Made by a program: the position numbers and the translations under genes
Assembly: GCA_965198225.1 (NCBI GenBank)
Contig: CBDAOY010000005.1
Location: forward strand, 288,001 to 352,000
Direction: 5' to 3'
DNA: 64,000 nucleotides
DNA from: Terriglobia bacterium
Lineage (GTDB): Bacteria; Acidobacteriota; Terriglobia; 20CM-2-55-15
The notes under the pieces: model-generated
Seen by the model: the letters and a program-made list of their open reading frames with translations, nothing else
Told to the model about the DNA's origin: nothing
The model's database searches: none
In this document: positions 8,183-17,867 of the stretch, in pieces
Layout: every line of letters begins with the position of its first letter
Position numbering within the stretch: position 1 is the first letter of the stretch

Positions 8183-8973
8183 GCCGTCCACCCGCCGTCG
8201 ACCACCAGGTTTTGACCGGTGACGTAAGACGACAGATCGCTGGTCAGGTACGCTACAGCGCCCTTGACGTCTTCTTCAGAAGCCATTCGGGCAAGAGGCG
8301 TGCGTTCCCGATAGCGATTCACGAAAAGCTCCGGCTGGTTGCGCCAGATCCCCCCCGGCGTGATCGCATTGACCCGCACCCTCGGCGCCAGGATCATTCC
8401 CAGATGTCTGGCCAGCTGGATCAGGCTCGCCTTTGACGCACCGTATCCTGCCGGATTGGCGAGCTCCGTGCCCTCGTAGAGCCTCATATCAGGTCCGACA
8501 ACACCGTAAATGGACGAGACGAAGACCACCGATCCGCATCCGGAAGCGACGAGGGCTTCCCGCGCTTCCTGCACCATGACGAACCCCGAGGTCACGTTGA
8601 CACGCATAGCCTGGTCCCATGCGTCGACGGTCTGTTCGTTGAACGGGACAGCCCATCCCGCCACCCTGGTCGTGCCTACATATCCGGCGCAGTGCACCAG
8701 GATGTCCAGTCCCCCCATCCCTCGGATTGAGCTTCTAATGGCAGCACGGGTGGCATCCTCGTCCAACAGGTCGCAAGAAACGGATCGCACCGCACCCGGG
8801 TAGCTGCTCAGGAGCTCAACGCGCCGATCGCAATCCTCAGAGGTCTGGTCCAGCACGGTCAACTCCGACCCCAGCTCCAGCAACACCTCATCGACGGCGA
8901 GGCCGACGTGACCCGCGCCCCCACTGACGATGGCCTTCCTGCCGTCGAGTCTGATTAGTTGACTCGTGCTTAT
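8176..8973 (-). CDS. SDR oxidoreductase (PtmA-like); start codon apparently ATA
   Basis: The frame extends upstream of the track ORF through LDGRKAIVSGGAGHVG and has YGASK and NLVVDGG. There is no ATG/GTG/TTG before the Rossmann motif. Confidence 0.75.
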   Translation of the reverse strand: MSTSQLIRLDGRKAIVSGGAGHVGLAVDEVLLELGSELTVLDQTSEDCDRRVELLSSYPGAVRSVSCDLLDEDATRAAIRSSIRGMGGLDILVHCAGYVGTTRVAGWAVPFNEQTVDAWDQAMRVNVTSGFVMVQEAREALVASGCGSVVFVSSIYGVVGPDMRLYEGTELANPAGYGASKASLIQLARHLGMILAPRVRVNAITPGGIWRNQPELFVNRYRERTPLARMASEEDVKGAVAYLTSDLSSYVTGQNLVVDGGWTAW

Positions 8974-9071
8974 CCGCTTCTTTCAGCAAACTACCATGGG
9001 TCCGACAGCCCACAGCGGCTTGACCCCAAGATATGGTGCCGAGCTGAAGCAACCGGACAAGCAGGAGTTGA

Positions 9072-9824
9072 CTAACCTGTCGCATCATCGACTCTGCTCA
9101 GCCACGGAAAGTCGATCAAACCGCCTCGGACCAGCAACTCGGCATGTTGGAACTGCTGTCGGTCGTCGATGGACATCGAACGGAGTTCAGGCATCTCATA
9201 CAAGAGGTGGCGTCCTTCGCGCCAGGATTCGCCCTGCGCTCGCACAAACTCCGCTCGCCATAGGTAAAGTGAACCGTTGATGCGGTAAACGGGAGGAACA
9301 TCCTGCCTTCGGTCAAACTGTATGCCGTCGCTCGCGATATCGGCCATGAACCCTTCGCGCTCGACGACACAATGCCAGATCGGATTGAAGGGAGGCTGAG
9401 ACACGCCGATAATGCCGTCAGCTTCGGGTTCGGCCCTCAGCCTGGCCAAAGCCTGCGTGACGTCGTCCCTCACGCGGGCGGGCGAAGTCGGGTCCAATAA
9501 CAACACCAAATCGTACCGGCCGCCTTCCTCTTGTTCCATGGTACAGAGCGCGTGCCGGATGACGGGCCACATCGGGGTGGTATCTTCGGCCAAGGTCGCC
9601 GGTCTTGTGAAAGGAACCTCAGCGTCGAAATCCCGGGCGATGGCCGCGATTTCGGCGGAATCGGTGGAGACGATCAAGCGATCGATCTCCGGACACATCT
9701 TCGCGAACAAGATCGAATGGACGACCAGCGGCAGTCCGAGGAAACTCCGGGTGTTTTTGCCTGGAAGAGCCTTCGAGCCGCCTCGGGCGGGTATGACCGC
9801 CAGTAGGTCGTGACTCGAAGTCAT
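9072..9824 (-). CDS. neuA: Acylneuraminate cytidylyltransferase
   Basis: AVIPARGGSK...KN, IVSTDS, PTSP.R, NGSLY and SIDD motifs. Confidence 0.88.
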   Translation of the reverse strand: MTSSHDLLAVIPARGGSKALPGKNTRSFLGLPLVVHSILFAKMCPEIDRLIVSTDSAEIAAIARDFDAEVPFTRPATLAEDTTPMWPVIRHALCTMEQEEGGRYDLVLLLDPTSPARVRDDVTQALARLRAEPEADGIIGVSQPPFNPIWHCVVEREGFMADIASDGIQFDRRQDVPPVYRINGSLYLWRAEFVRAQGESWREGRHLLYEMPELRSMSIDDRQQFQHAELLVRGGLIDFPWLSRVDDATG

Positions 9825-10867
9825 GAATAAGCTACCGCAGCGGCGGAATGGTCTTCGGAGGCCCGACGGGCCGAATCGCAGACCGCGAGTGCGTTCACCC
9901 CATCCGCGCCAGTAGCCAGTCTCGGGTCGACCTGGGCGGTGTGAGTATTGAAAAACGCTCGATCCTGCAGCGCGAACAAGTCGTCATGCCGCTCAGGATG
10001 AGAGCTTTGCTCAAACCCGTCCGGTCTGGTCAGCCGGACCGTACCCTCGATTGCATCCCACTCGAGTACGCCGTCCTGTCCGAACGCCGTCGTGTTACGT
10101 CTCGGGGGGCGCGTCAGGTAATCCAGATCGATAGACACCAGGCAGCCGTCGGAGACCTCCCAGTTCAATTGCGCGACTTCGTCCGATTCGATGCCGAGCC
10201 GGCCGAGATTCCTGATCCTTGCTTCCACCGCGTCCGGCCAGCCGAAAAGCCATGTCGCGTAGTCGATCTCATGGATGAGATCGCGCAAGACCCCACCTTG
10301 TTCGGGCTGCGCAGAATAACTTTCCCGGTACGGACGGTTGGTCCTCCAATCGGGCAGAAACGATCCACATTCAATACCGACCCTGTGGATTGAACCGATA
10401 GCAGAGAGCTGCGACCGGAACCGGTCGAGTGATTCGGAGAATCTCAACTGGCAACCCACGAACACGCTTCGCTCGGCGCCGGAAGCGGCTCGGACCAACT
10501 CGGCGGCGGAACACGATGTGCTCGAGATTGGTTTCTCGATCAACACGTCGAGGCCGGCCTCGATTGCGAAATGCGCGTCGGCAGCGTGTTGGTCCGTATT
10601 CGTCGCGACGATACAGAGCCCGGCTCCCAGGTCAGCGGCTTCCTTCACGCTCCGAGCCGTCCGGTAACCCAGCGTATCCAGTTCACTACGTCGTCCTGGT
10701 CGTTTAGGTATGGCGATAGGACAGACATGCTCCATCTGCGCCAAGACGGACATATGCCTCATACCGGCGCTGCCCGTACCCTGTACTGCCACGTACTGAT
10801 CCTGCGATTCGCTCAATGAACTGCTTCTAGACTCGACAGTCGAAAACGATCGGTCGGTAGACGGCAA
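9821..10867 (-). CDS. Gfo/Idh/MocA oxidoreductase (PtmF-like)
   Basis: GTGSAG.RH, VLIEKP, LPDWR...YRESYSA and GGVLRDLIHEID. Confidence 0.8.
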   Translation of the reverse strand: MPSTDRSFSTVESRSSSLSESQDQYVAVQGTGSAGMRHMSVLAQMEHVCPIAIPKRPGRRSELDTLGYRTARSVKEAADLGAGLCIVATNTDQHAADAHFAIEAGLDVLIEKPISSTSCSAAELVRAASGAERSVFVGCQLRFSESLDRFRSQLSAIGSIHRVGIECGSFLPDWRTNRPYRESYSAQPEQGGVLRDLIHEIDYATWLFGWPDAVEARIRNLGRLGIESDEVAQLNWEVSDGCLVSIDLDYLTRPPRRNTTAFGQDGVLEWDAIEGTVRLTRPDGFEQSSHPERHDDLFALQDRAFFNTHTAQVDPRLATGADGVNALAVCDSARRASEDHSAAAVAYS

Positions 10868-10876
10868 AGCGAAGAT

Positions 10877-11875
10877 TCAAGCCATCCCGTAACCGAACAG
10901 ATCTTCCGCATGTCTGGTCAGGGTGGCCGCATCCTTCAAAGTAGGCAGAGAGACAAGTCTTGTCAGATCCGGTTTCAGCATCGTCGCCACCTGTTCCGCA
11001 ATCCCATGCTTGACCCCAGGCGCGAATACAACGAGCGGCAATTCTTCCCAATCGCCGCGAGCTGACTTCTTTCGAAAAGCCCTTTCGAGCGGACACAATC
11101 GATACGACGCCAGGGCCGAATGCACTTCGATAGACCACCGGCTCTTGGAACGCCAGTCAGCGTGGTAGGAAAAAGGAATCCCGGCCGCGGTAATTCCACT
11201 GCCGACGAAAACGTCCCCAGCCGGATGCCACTCCAATTCCCCGGAGCTGTATCCTTTCCATCGCTCAGGCATTCCGATCAATCCGTAGGCCATGCCAATC
11301 ACGTGGAGGCTGTTGGCGATTCCCCACCGAGATAGTTCTACGGGCGGAAACCTCTCAACCCAATCGGCCTGAACCATCTCCGTAAAGGTATAAGTGCACG
11401 ACCGGATCCCCCCCTCTTCAGCAGCTTGCGCCGCGACTTCAAGGAAGGAGGGGTAGGCCAGTCGGTTATAGGCACACCGCACGTTTATCCCTTTCTTTTC
11501 CGCCTTCGCCCCCAGAGAGTCGATCACGTCCGATTGGTAAAACACCGGTTTCTCGATCAGGATGTCCCGGAACCCGAGTGACAGCAGTCGTTCCGCCGCG
11601 GCGACCGTTACCGCTGTCGGGGTCGCGACGATTCCCAACTCGCCCGGCTCCGCGTCTTGACTCAGCCGCTCAAAACCACCGGACACGACCTGGACCTTTC
11701 CAGGGTCCTCAGGAATCGCATGGTCGGACCGCGTGCAGATCCGGATGCGTCCCACCCCTAGGGCCTTCAGGGCGTCGAGGAAATGCCGCCCCATGTAGCC
11801 AAAGCCGACCAGTGTGATCGGACGGGAAGAAAAGTCGACCGTCGAAATGAGCTCGGCTACGCGTTCGGAAGACAC
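10877..11875 (-). CDS. Gfo/Idh/MocA-like oxidoreductase
   Basis: LVGFGYMG, ILIEKP and AYNR motifs. GTG start with a GGAGG RBS. Confidence 0.75.
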   Translation of the reverse strand: MSSERVAELISTVDFSSRPITLVGFGYMGRHFLDALKALGVGRIRICTRSDHAIPEDPGKVQVVSGGFERLSQDAEPGELGIVATPTAVTVAAAERLLSLGFRDILIEKPVFYQSDVIDSLGAKAEKKGINVRCAYNRLAYPSFLEVAAQAAEEGGIRSCTYTFTEMVQADWVERFPPVELSRWGIANSLHVIGMAYGLIGMPERWKGYSSGELEWHPAGDVFVGSGITAAGIPFSYHADWRSKSRWSIEVHSALASYRLCPLERAFRKKSARGDWEELPLVVFAPGVKHGIAEQVATMLKPDLTRLVSLPTLKDAATLTRHAEDLFGYGMA

Positions 11876-11924
11876 GGACCTCCGACTGCGATGACGCCCG
11901 ATAAAACCCGGCGGGCGGCGTGAA

Positions 11925-12914
11925 TCAGGTAACCGGACACCTCGTCTGCGGCGCACCAAGTAACTTGTCGAAATGGGGTTGCAGGGAGGTCAAGATAAAC
12001 CGATGGGCTGGAAAACTTTCCTTCAACGTAGGCAGATCACACCGGCCTTCGGTCAGGATGTCCTTAGCAAAAATACGGGTCATGCGACTGGCAAGCAGGT
12101 CACTTTCGAACGGAATTCGTGTCCAGGCCCAACCGGCGTCGGGAGTACTCTCGTAGAAGGTTCCCGTGAGGTCCTCGACGATAGCGCGGTAACTTCCCGT
12201 GACGAGCGAAAAATAGAGCGGAGCGTCGTGCTCTGCTGAAGAGCACAGAACAAACTTGCTTCCCTTTTCGTTCGACCCGTAGATGGCCCCGCTCAGGTCA
12301 AACACATCGTTGCCACGTTTCGAGGGCCGAAGGACCAGATCGACTTGCTGTCCAGCACACTCGATCGAGCCGGATCCATCGTAGAAAAGGAAAAGGTCCG
12401 CCGCATGCACGCCGACCGTCGCAAGACCATAGTTCCCACCGACTGCAGTAAAAGCCACGGGGAGCTCTGGATCCAAATTGTGCTTAACTCGTTTGAAGGA
12501 CTCGTGAGCCCGTCTTGGGCAATTTACCCATATCGACAACGCCTTGCCTTCGGCACACTCCATCAGGTTTTCGTAATCCCCCACTGACTGGGCCACGATC
12601 TTTTCCAGCAGGAAGGACGAATACCCGAGCTGGTTGGCGACGTCGCGAACCACCTGGCATCGCACGTCCGCCTGAGTCGCGACGATACAGAGATCGCCGT
12701 CCCTGGACGCGTCACTGAGGGATCGCAACCAACGGAAGGTGATTCCCGCTTGCCTGTCGGGAACCTCGGCAACGCGATCCCGGCCCTTCTGCAACCCGTC
12801 CGGGCGGGGTTCGACCACTTCCACTTCAAGCACCTGAGGCACGGCGGCAATCGCCTGCAGGTGCCGGTTTCCGATTTCGCCGCAACCGACGATCAGGACA
12901 CGTTTGGATTGCAT
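11925..12914 (-). CDS. Gfo/Idh/MocA-like oxidoreductase
   Basis: IVGCGEIGNRHLQ, LLEK, WVNCPRR and SKR motifs. Confidence 0.75.
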   Translation of the reverse strand: MQSKRVLIVGCGEIGNRHLQAIAAVPQVLEVEVVEPRPDGLQKGRDRVAEVPDRQAGITFRWLRSLSDASRDGDLCIVATQADVRCQVVRDVANQLGYSSFLLEKIVAQSVGDYENLMECAEGKALSIWVNCPRRAHESFKRVKHNLDPELPVAFTAVGGNYGLATVGVHAADLFLFYDGSGSIECAGQQVDLVLRPSKRGNDVFDLSGAIYGSNEKGSKFVLCSSAEHDAPLYFSLVTGSYRAIVEDLTGTFYESTPDAGWAWTRIPFESDLLASRMTRIFAKDILTEGRCDLPTLKESFPAHRFILTSLQPHFDKLLGAPQTRCPVT

Positions 12915-12918
12915 GCCG

Positions 12919-14298
12919 CTACAAGAGTGTCGATGACAGCTCGCCTGAGGTATCGGCGCCACTGGCGGACGCCGAGGACCGTTGAACGCGGACGGACACC
13001 TCGCGTAAGACCTGGTTGATGCTCGGGTTGGGGGGCCGATCGAAGAGTCGCGGCTTGAACATCCGAGGATCGTAGGATCCATCTTTCTCGATCCATCCGA
13101 TTCCTGCGGAGGTTCCGTCAGCGAACCGTGGATTCCTGTGGTTCTTCGAGAAGGCGACAAAACCGATGACCGGCACGTGATCGCAGCTGGCGCTGGCAAC
13201 CCGTAGTGAGTTCGAGGCAGGTCCAGCCACAGCCGCGTAGTCACAGACGATTTCGCGCAACGCGCAGTCGCTGCCGACGATCTGAGCCGGAATTCCCGCT
13301 TCGGCTAGGTAATCCCTCAACCGGTATGGCCACTTCCCGCTCTCACGCGGATGCAGCCTTAGATGCACGTTGTTGGCCCCCGTCTCATCCATCACGGTTT
13401 TTGTGTCCCGACGATAAAAGTCCAGGAACACTTCGGGGATGAAGTCCTCATCCGTGAATACGCTCAGCGGCGAGAGAATCGCACCGGTTCTGGGAACCTC
13501 ACCGGAACAGCGACAGTTCCCGTGGGATGGGTGCTCGGCCACACGGACTTCGGTCTCCTCAAACAGTGCGTCGTGCGCTCTGGCTTCGAGCTCGTCGACG
13601 AAGATGACAGCGTCCGACCTGCCGCAACCGACATGCGTCAGGCGGTCAAGAGGGCGTAACCGGAACGTCCGGCGCAGGAAGATCGACGGCAGCAGAACCC
13701 GCGCGTAGTATTCGAGGATCGGCCGAACGAGCCTTCGCGCACGCGCCCACAGTAGACGACGGGTCTTCAAGGCGAGGATCGACATGCTGTCCTTACGGAG
13801 CCTCTCGATCAGCTTCCAGCCGGAGAAGCCCTGCCGCATTCGACGACCGGCCCTCGGAGAAGCTTCCTCACCGAGAAGGCCGCGCGTCAGCTCCTCATTT
13901 CTGAACAGGTACGTGGCCTGAGGCCAATATGTCACCCGGACGCAAGCATCCGAGGCCACGCATTCGAACATGCAACGTTCGATCAGCTCCTCTTCCGTGC
14001 CGGCCAGCATCAGATCAAACTCGTACGATCGCAGTTCCTGGAGGTGCCGCCGGAGATACCAGACGACTCTCAACCGGTCGCCGAAACCCGGAGCCAGCCA
14101 GTACCGGCGGACGACGCCGGAGTCACGGAGCGATTTCATGGATTCCAGCACGATGTTCCGGGTATGGAAATCTCTGAGGAGCACGTAGACTTCGTACTCT
14201 TCCGCCAGGCGGGGAAGAAGCGGGACGATCTCTTCGTGCAACGTGTACGCGTTGCTCCAGACCACCAGGACCCGGGGTTTCAAATTGGGGGCAGACAT
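12919..14298 (-). CDS. Hypothetical protein, possible nonulosonate (sialyl-type) transferase
   Basis: 459 aa in the neu cluster. LRLHPRE resembles the HP motif of bacterial sialyltransferases. Confidence 0.45.
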   Translation of the reverse strand: MSAPNLKPRVLVVWSNAYTLHEEIVPLLPRLAEEYEVYVLLRDFHTRNIVLESMKSLRDSGVVRRYWLAPGFGDRLRVVWYLRRHLQELRSYEFDLMLAGTEEELIERCMFECVASDACVRVTYWPQATYLFRNEELTRGLLGEEASPRAGRRMRQGFSGWKLIERLRKDSMSILALKTRRLLWARARRLVRPILEYYARVLLPSIFLRRTFRLRPLDRLTHVGCGRSDAVIFVDELEARAHDALFEETEVRVAEHPSHGNCRCSGEVPRTGAILSPLSVFTDEDFIPEVFLDFYRRDTKTVMDETGANNVHLRLHPRESGKWPYRLRDYLAEAGIPAQIVGSDCALREIVCDYAAVAGPASNSLRVASASCDHVPVIGFVAFSKNHRNPRFADGTSAGIGWIEKDGSYDPRMFKPRLFDRPPNPSINQVLREVSVRVQRSSASASGADTSGELSSTLL

Positions 14299-14301
14299 CC
14301 T

Positions 14302-16173
14302 CTAGCCGTGCTCCTGTCCGCCGGACAGGACAGAGCTCTCCGCGGCATCGTCGGCGGCGTCGATTCCGTAGAGCCTGGAATAGGCCCCCCCGGTAGCCAT
14401 CAAGGTCTCATGCGTGCCGCGCTCGAGCACTCGACCCGAATCCAGCACGAAGATCTGGTCGGCCTGACGGATCGTGCTCAGGCGATGCGCGATGACGAGT
14501 ATGATCGCGTGGTCCCGTAGGGTGGTGATCGTGTCGTACACCACTTTCTCGGTCCGGTTGTCCAGCGCGCTGGTGGCTTCGTCCAGGACCAGGATATCCG
14601 GTCTTCGCAGCAGCGCCCTTGCGATGGCGATTCGTTGACGCTGCCCTCCCGACAACGCAATTCCTCTGTCCCCGATCGGGGTATCGAAACCATCCGGAAG
14701 GCCAGACACGAAGTCGTAGACGTCTGCAAGCTTAGCCGCACGGACGAGCTCTTCCTCCGCAGTATCTGACGTCCAGACGATGATGTTGTCGCGTATGGAC
14801 GCGTTGAAAAGGAACGCGTCCTGCGGCACGTACCCGATGCGTTTTCGCCAGGAACCGAGGTCGATTTCCCGGAGATCCTCGCCATCGATCAGGATTCGGC
14901 CGGACGTGGGCCTATGAAGACCGAGGACCAGGTCCGCAATCGTACTCTTTCCCGCACCGGTGGCCCCGACGACTGCGCTGATCGTCCCCCGTGGAAGGGT
15001 CATTTCGATCCCGTGCAGAGCAGGGTTGTCCGCCCTCGAAGCGTAGACAAAGCCCACATCTTCGAACCTCATCTCCTCGACCGTCTGGATCGGCTTGCTC
15101 CCTCGTTCTTCCGCGACCGTCCGGTTCAGTATTTCGTCGATCACCTCGACGCTTTTCCGCGACACATTCAGCTCGACCATCGCGGTGTTGATGCTCGCCA
15201 CCGCCGGACTCACCCTTCGGATCGCGAGCAGGAAGGCGGTCAGCGTCGGGAAGCCCATCCCGAGCGAGGGGTACAGAAACGTGGCCGCACCGAGAAGGAG
15301 CACGACTACTGCTGCCGCCGCTTCGTTCAGGAAAGTCGGCGCGTGCCGGAAGAGTGTCAACCGCATTGTGGGTACGACTTCGGCAAGCAACAGTCCCTGA
15401 TGCCGTTCTACGATCGAAGGCTCCAGACCTTCAGCCTTGACGACTCGCAGACCGTCGATCGCGTCGCCTTCGACTTTCTTCTGATTCCCCTGCAGAGAAT
15501 AAATCGTCCGTCCGTGGGCGTCAGCCTTTCGATCCATAAGCTTTCTCAGTCCCCGAACACCGACGGCAACCAGCAGACCGATCACGAGAGTCGCCCACCA
15601 GGACAGGTACAACATCAGGCCGAGCATCAGGACGCTGTTGAATATCCCGGTGAACAAGACTCCGAGCTTGCGGATCGTAGAGTAAGCCGCGTCGGCCGGC
15701 ACGTTGATATCGTGCAGTGTTTCCTCACGATTCCTCGCCGAAGCGTTCTCGTAGCGAGCGTACAGAAGCCTTTCGAACAACGAAGATTTCATTTCTCGAC
15801 GGAGCCGGTGCGCGATCGCTGCCGTGAGGTACTGGTGCAGAAGAGAAAACCCACCGCTGAGGAGGAAAAGCAACACCGCCACAGCCAGCACCGCCAGTAT
15901 CGCAACGTTGAGGTCTCCCGAAGACCCGAGCGACCGAAGGACTCCGGTGGCGATATTCAGAACGGGGTTGTCTGCTGCTTCATCCGCGCTGGTTATGGCG
16001 TCGATGATCGGCACCGTCAGTCCGATCGTTGCCGTCTCGAGTCCCGCGGCGGTGGCCATGAGTGCGGCGATGAGGAACGCCACCCAGAAATGGGGACGGA
16101 TGATGATTCGCCAGTAGAAGGCGATCGTGCCCGTTTCTGCAGAAGCAGGCCGGTTATCGCTCATTGGAAGCAT
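14302..16173 (-). CDS. ABC transporter ATP-binding/permease (MsbA/PglK-like glycan flippase)
   Basis: TM domain plus GATGAGKST, LSGGQRQR, LVLDEATSALD and IAHRLST. Confidence 0.85.
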   Translation of the reverse strand: MLPMSDNRPASAETGTIAFYWRIIIRPHFWVAFLIAALMATAAGLETATIGLTVPIIDAITSADEAADNPVLNIATGVLRSLGSSGDLNVAILAVLAVAVLLFLLSGGFSLLHQYLTAAIAHRLRREMKSSLFERLLYARYENASARNREETLHDINVPADAAYSTIRKLGVLFTGIFNSVLMLGLMLYLSWWATLVIGLLVAVGVRGLRKLMDRKADAHGRTIYSLQGNQKKVEGDAIDGLRVVKAEGLEPSIVERHQGLLLAEVVPTMRLTLFRHAPTFLNEAAAAVVVLLLGAATFLYPSLGMGFPTLTAFLLAIRRVSPAVASINTAMVELNVSRKSVEVIDEILNRTVAEERGSKPIQTVEEMRFEDVGFVYASRADNPALHGIEMTLPRGTISAVVGATGAGKSTIADLVLGLHRPTSGRILIDGEDLREIDLGSWRKRIGYVPQDAFLFNASIRDNIIVWTSDTAEEELVRAAKLADVYDFVSGLPDGFDTPIGDRGIALSGGQRQRIAIARALLRRPDILVLDEATSALDNRTEKVVYDTITTLRDHAIILVIAHRLSTIRQADQIFVLDSGRVLERGTHETLMATGGAYSRLYGIDAADDAAESSVLSGGQEHG

Positions 16174-16285
16174 GGCTGGAGGTCGAATGGCAACGAAGTT
16201 TCTAGGTCGAAGAACGGAGGATCGAGTCTGTCAAAGCCCCGACTCGTCCGCGATCCGCTCAGAAAGGTAGCGCCGCGGACTACGA

Positions 16286-17428
16286 TCAAGCGAAGTATGA
16301 CTCCACCGCTTCGGCCGCGTATTCGATGTCGTCATCGGACAGGTACTGGTGAACGCCGAAGTGTAGACCCGTACGCCCGATACGTTCCGCAACCGGAAAC
16401 TCCCCTTCACCATGGCCTAGAAAACGAAACGCGCGATGCTGGGTCGGCAGAGATCCGAACAGCGTTTTGCACTGGATTCCTCGTTGCTCCAGGCTGTCAT
16501 ATAGCTGATTCATGGGTGCCTTATCGTCGCGCAGGACGAGGGGAAACGCGTGGGGACAGATGACTTCACCGGCTCCGTCAGGATAGCGGATCAAACGGTC
16601 ATCCAGCGCCGAAAGTCTCTCGTGCAGCCGAAGCAGATGCCGGCGTCGCCGCTCGAATGTGCGATCGAAATCCTGCATGCCTTCGATGCCGATGGCCGCT
16701 TCGAGGTCGTTCATCTTCGAATTGAATCCGATGCGGTCGAAGTTGAAATACAACTCGCCACCCCGGCGCCCATGGCTGCGTATGGATCTGCACGAGTCGG
16801 CGGACTGCGGGTCATTCGCCACGACCATCCCGCCTTCGCCGCTGCAGATGATGTGCGCGGTATAAAAGCTGAAAAGACCCATGGCTCCGAATGAGCCGAC
16901 GACCTTCCCATGGAGTGTCGCCCCATGCGCCTCGCAACAGTCTTCGATCACCGTCAGGCCGTATCTCGCGGCGATGTCCAGGATGGGAGCCATGTCGCAG
17001 GGTCTGCCCATCGTGTGGACCAGTTGAATCGCCCTGGTGCGCGGCGAAATCGCTTCCTCGATGCGAGCCGGATCGATGTTGAGAGTGATCAGCTCCACAT
17101 CCACGAAACGGGGAACAAAACCTGCCGCCAGGATCACGTTGGCTGTGGACACGAACGCGAGCGCCGGCGTGATCACTTCGTCACCCCTGTCCGCACCCCG
17201 GTCGAAAAGCGCCGCCATGGCGACCATTCCCGCATCCGTGCCGGAACTGGTGGCGACGGCGTAGGGATAGCCAAACCGACTTCGAAACGCGGCCTCGAAC
17301 TCTCTGACGTTCTCACCCTCCGACACCCAGTTGCTGTCTATCGCCTTCTGGAGGTACTTGCGGGCGGTCTCGCCGATCTCGATATGACCGAATGAAACGC
17401 GGTAGTGGTCCACAGTCTTCATGCTCAC
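16286..17428 (-). CDS. DegT/DnrJ/EryC1/StrS PLP-dependent sugar aminotransferase or dehydratase
   Basis: SSGTDA, IEDCCEAHG and FSFYTAHIICSGEGG. His replaces the usual Lys, as in ColD/E1-type dehydratases. Confidence 0.85.
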   Translation of the reverse strand: MSMKTVDHYRVSFGHIEIGETARKYLQKAIDSNWVSEGENVREFEAAFRSRFGYPYAVATSSGTDAGMVAMAALFDRGADRGDEVITPALAFVSTANVILAAGFVPRFVDVELITLNIDPARIEEAISPRTRAIQLVHTMGRPCDMAPILDIAARYGLTVIEDCCEAHGATLHGKVVGSFGAMGLFSFYTAHIICSGEGGMVVANDPQSADSCRSIRSHGRRGGELYFNFDRIGFNSKMNDLEAAIGIEGMQDFDRTFERRRRHLLRLHERLSALDDRLIRYPDGAGEVICPHAFPLVLRDDKAPMNQLYDSLEQRGIQCKTLFGSLPTQHRAFRFLGHGEGEFPVAERIGRTGLHFGVHQYLSDDDIEYAAEAVESYFA

Positions 17429-17444
17429 TACAACCGAGTACTAG

Positions 17445-17574
17445 CAGGCTGCTGAAAAACTCTCCGAACAGGTGCTGAAAGGACGTTTCCAGCGATTTGT
17501 TCGACCAAGAGTCAATGACTTATGGGCGCAGTTGACGCTTCCGGAGTCCGTCAAAATCGTTTTTCAGCACCCTG
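17445..17574. mobile_element. MITE (130 bp) with 16-bp TIRs, flanked by CTAG
   Basis: CAGGCTGCTGAAAAAC...GTTTTTCAGCACCCTG (15/16 match). CTAG at 17441-17444 and 17575-17578. Confidence 0.8.
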
Positions 17575-17578
17575 CTAG

Positions 17579-17845
17579 TGACCTGTAACAGTGCTATCGG
17601 TACCAGCGTTCGGCGGAACGGCGTCGGATTCTAGGAGTGACGCTCGAGCCAATGCTGTTTCATTGCGAGGGCGTTACGACACCGAAGACGGCGCCGCTCC
17701 GCCGAACCCTTCGGGCCGATGGGGGTTGCGGGCGATCTCTTTGTCGGAAGCCGTCACCGATGAAAGAGCATCGCTTTCCGTCTCCCTCCTCGACCTCGCC
17801 CGCAAGACCCATCGGCGATGGTGCCGATAGCACTGTTTCAGGCCA
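17579..17845. mobile_element. MITE (267 bp) with 27-bp TIRs, flanked by CTAG
   Basis: TGACCTGTAACAGTGCTATCGGTACCA...TGGTGCCGATAGCACTGTTTCAGGCCA (24/27 match). CTAG at 17575 and 17846. Confidence 0.8.
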
Positions 17846-17867
17846 CTAGCCATTCTGAGGGGCCTGC

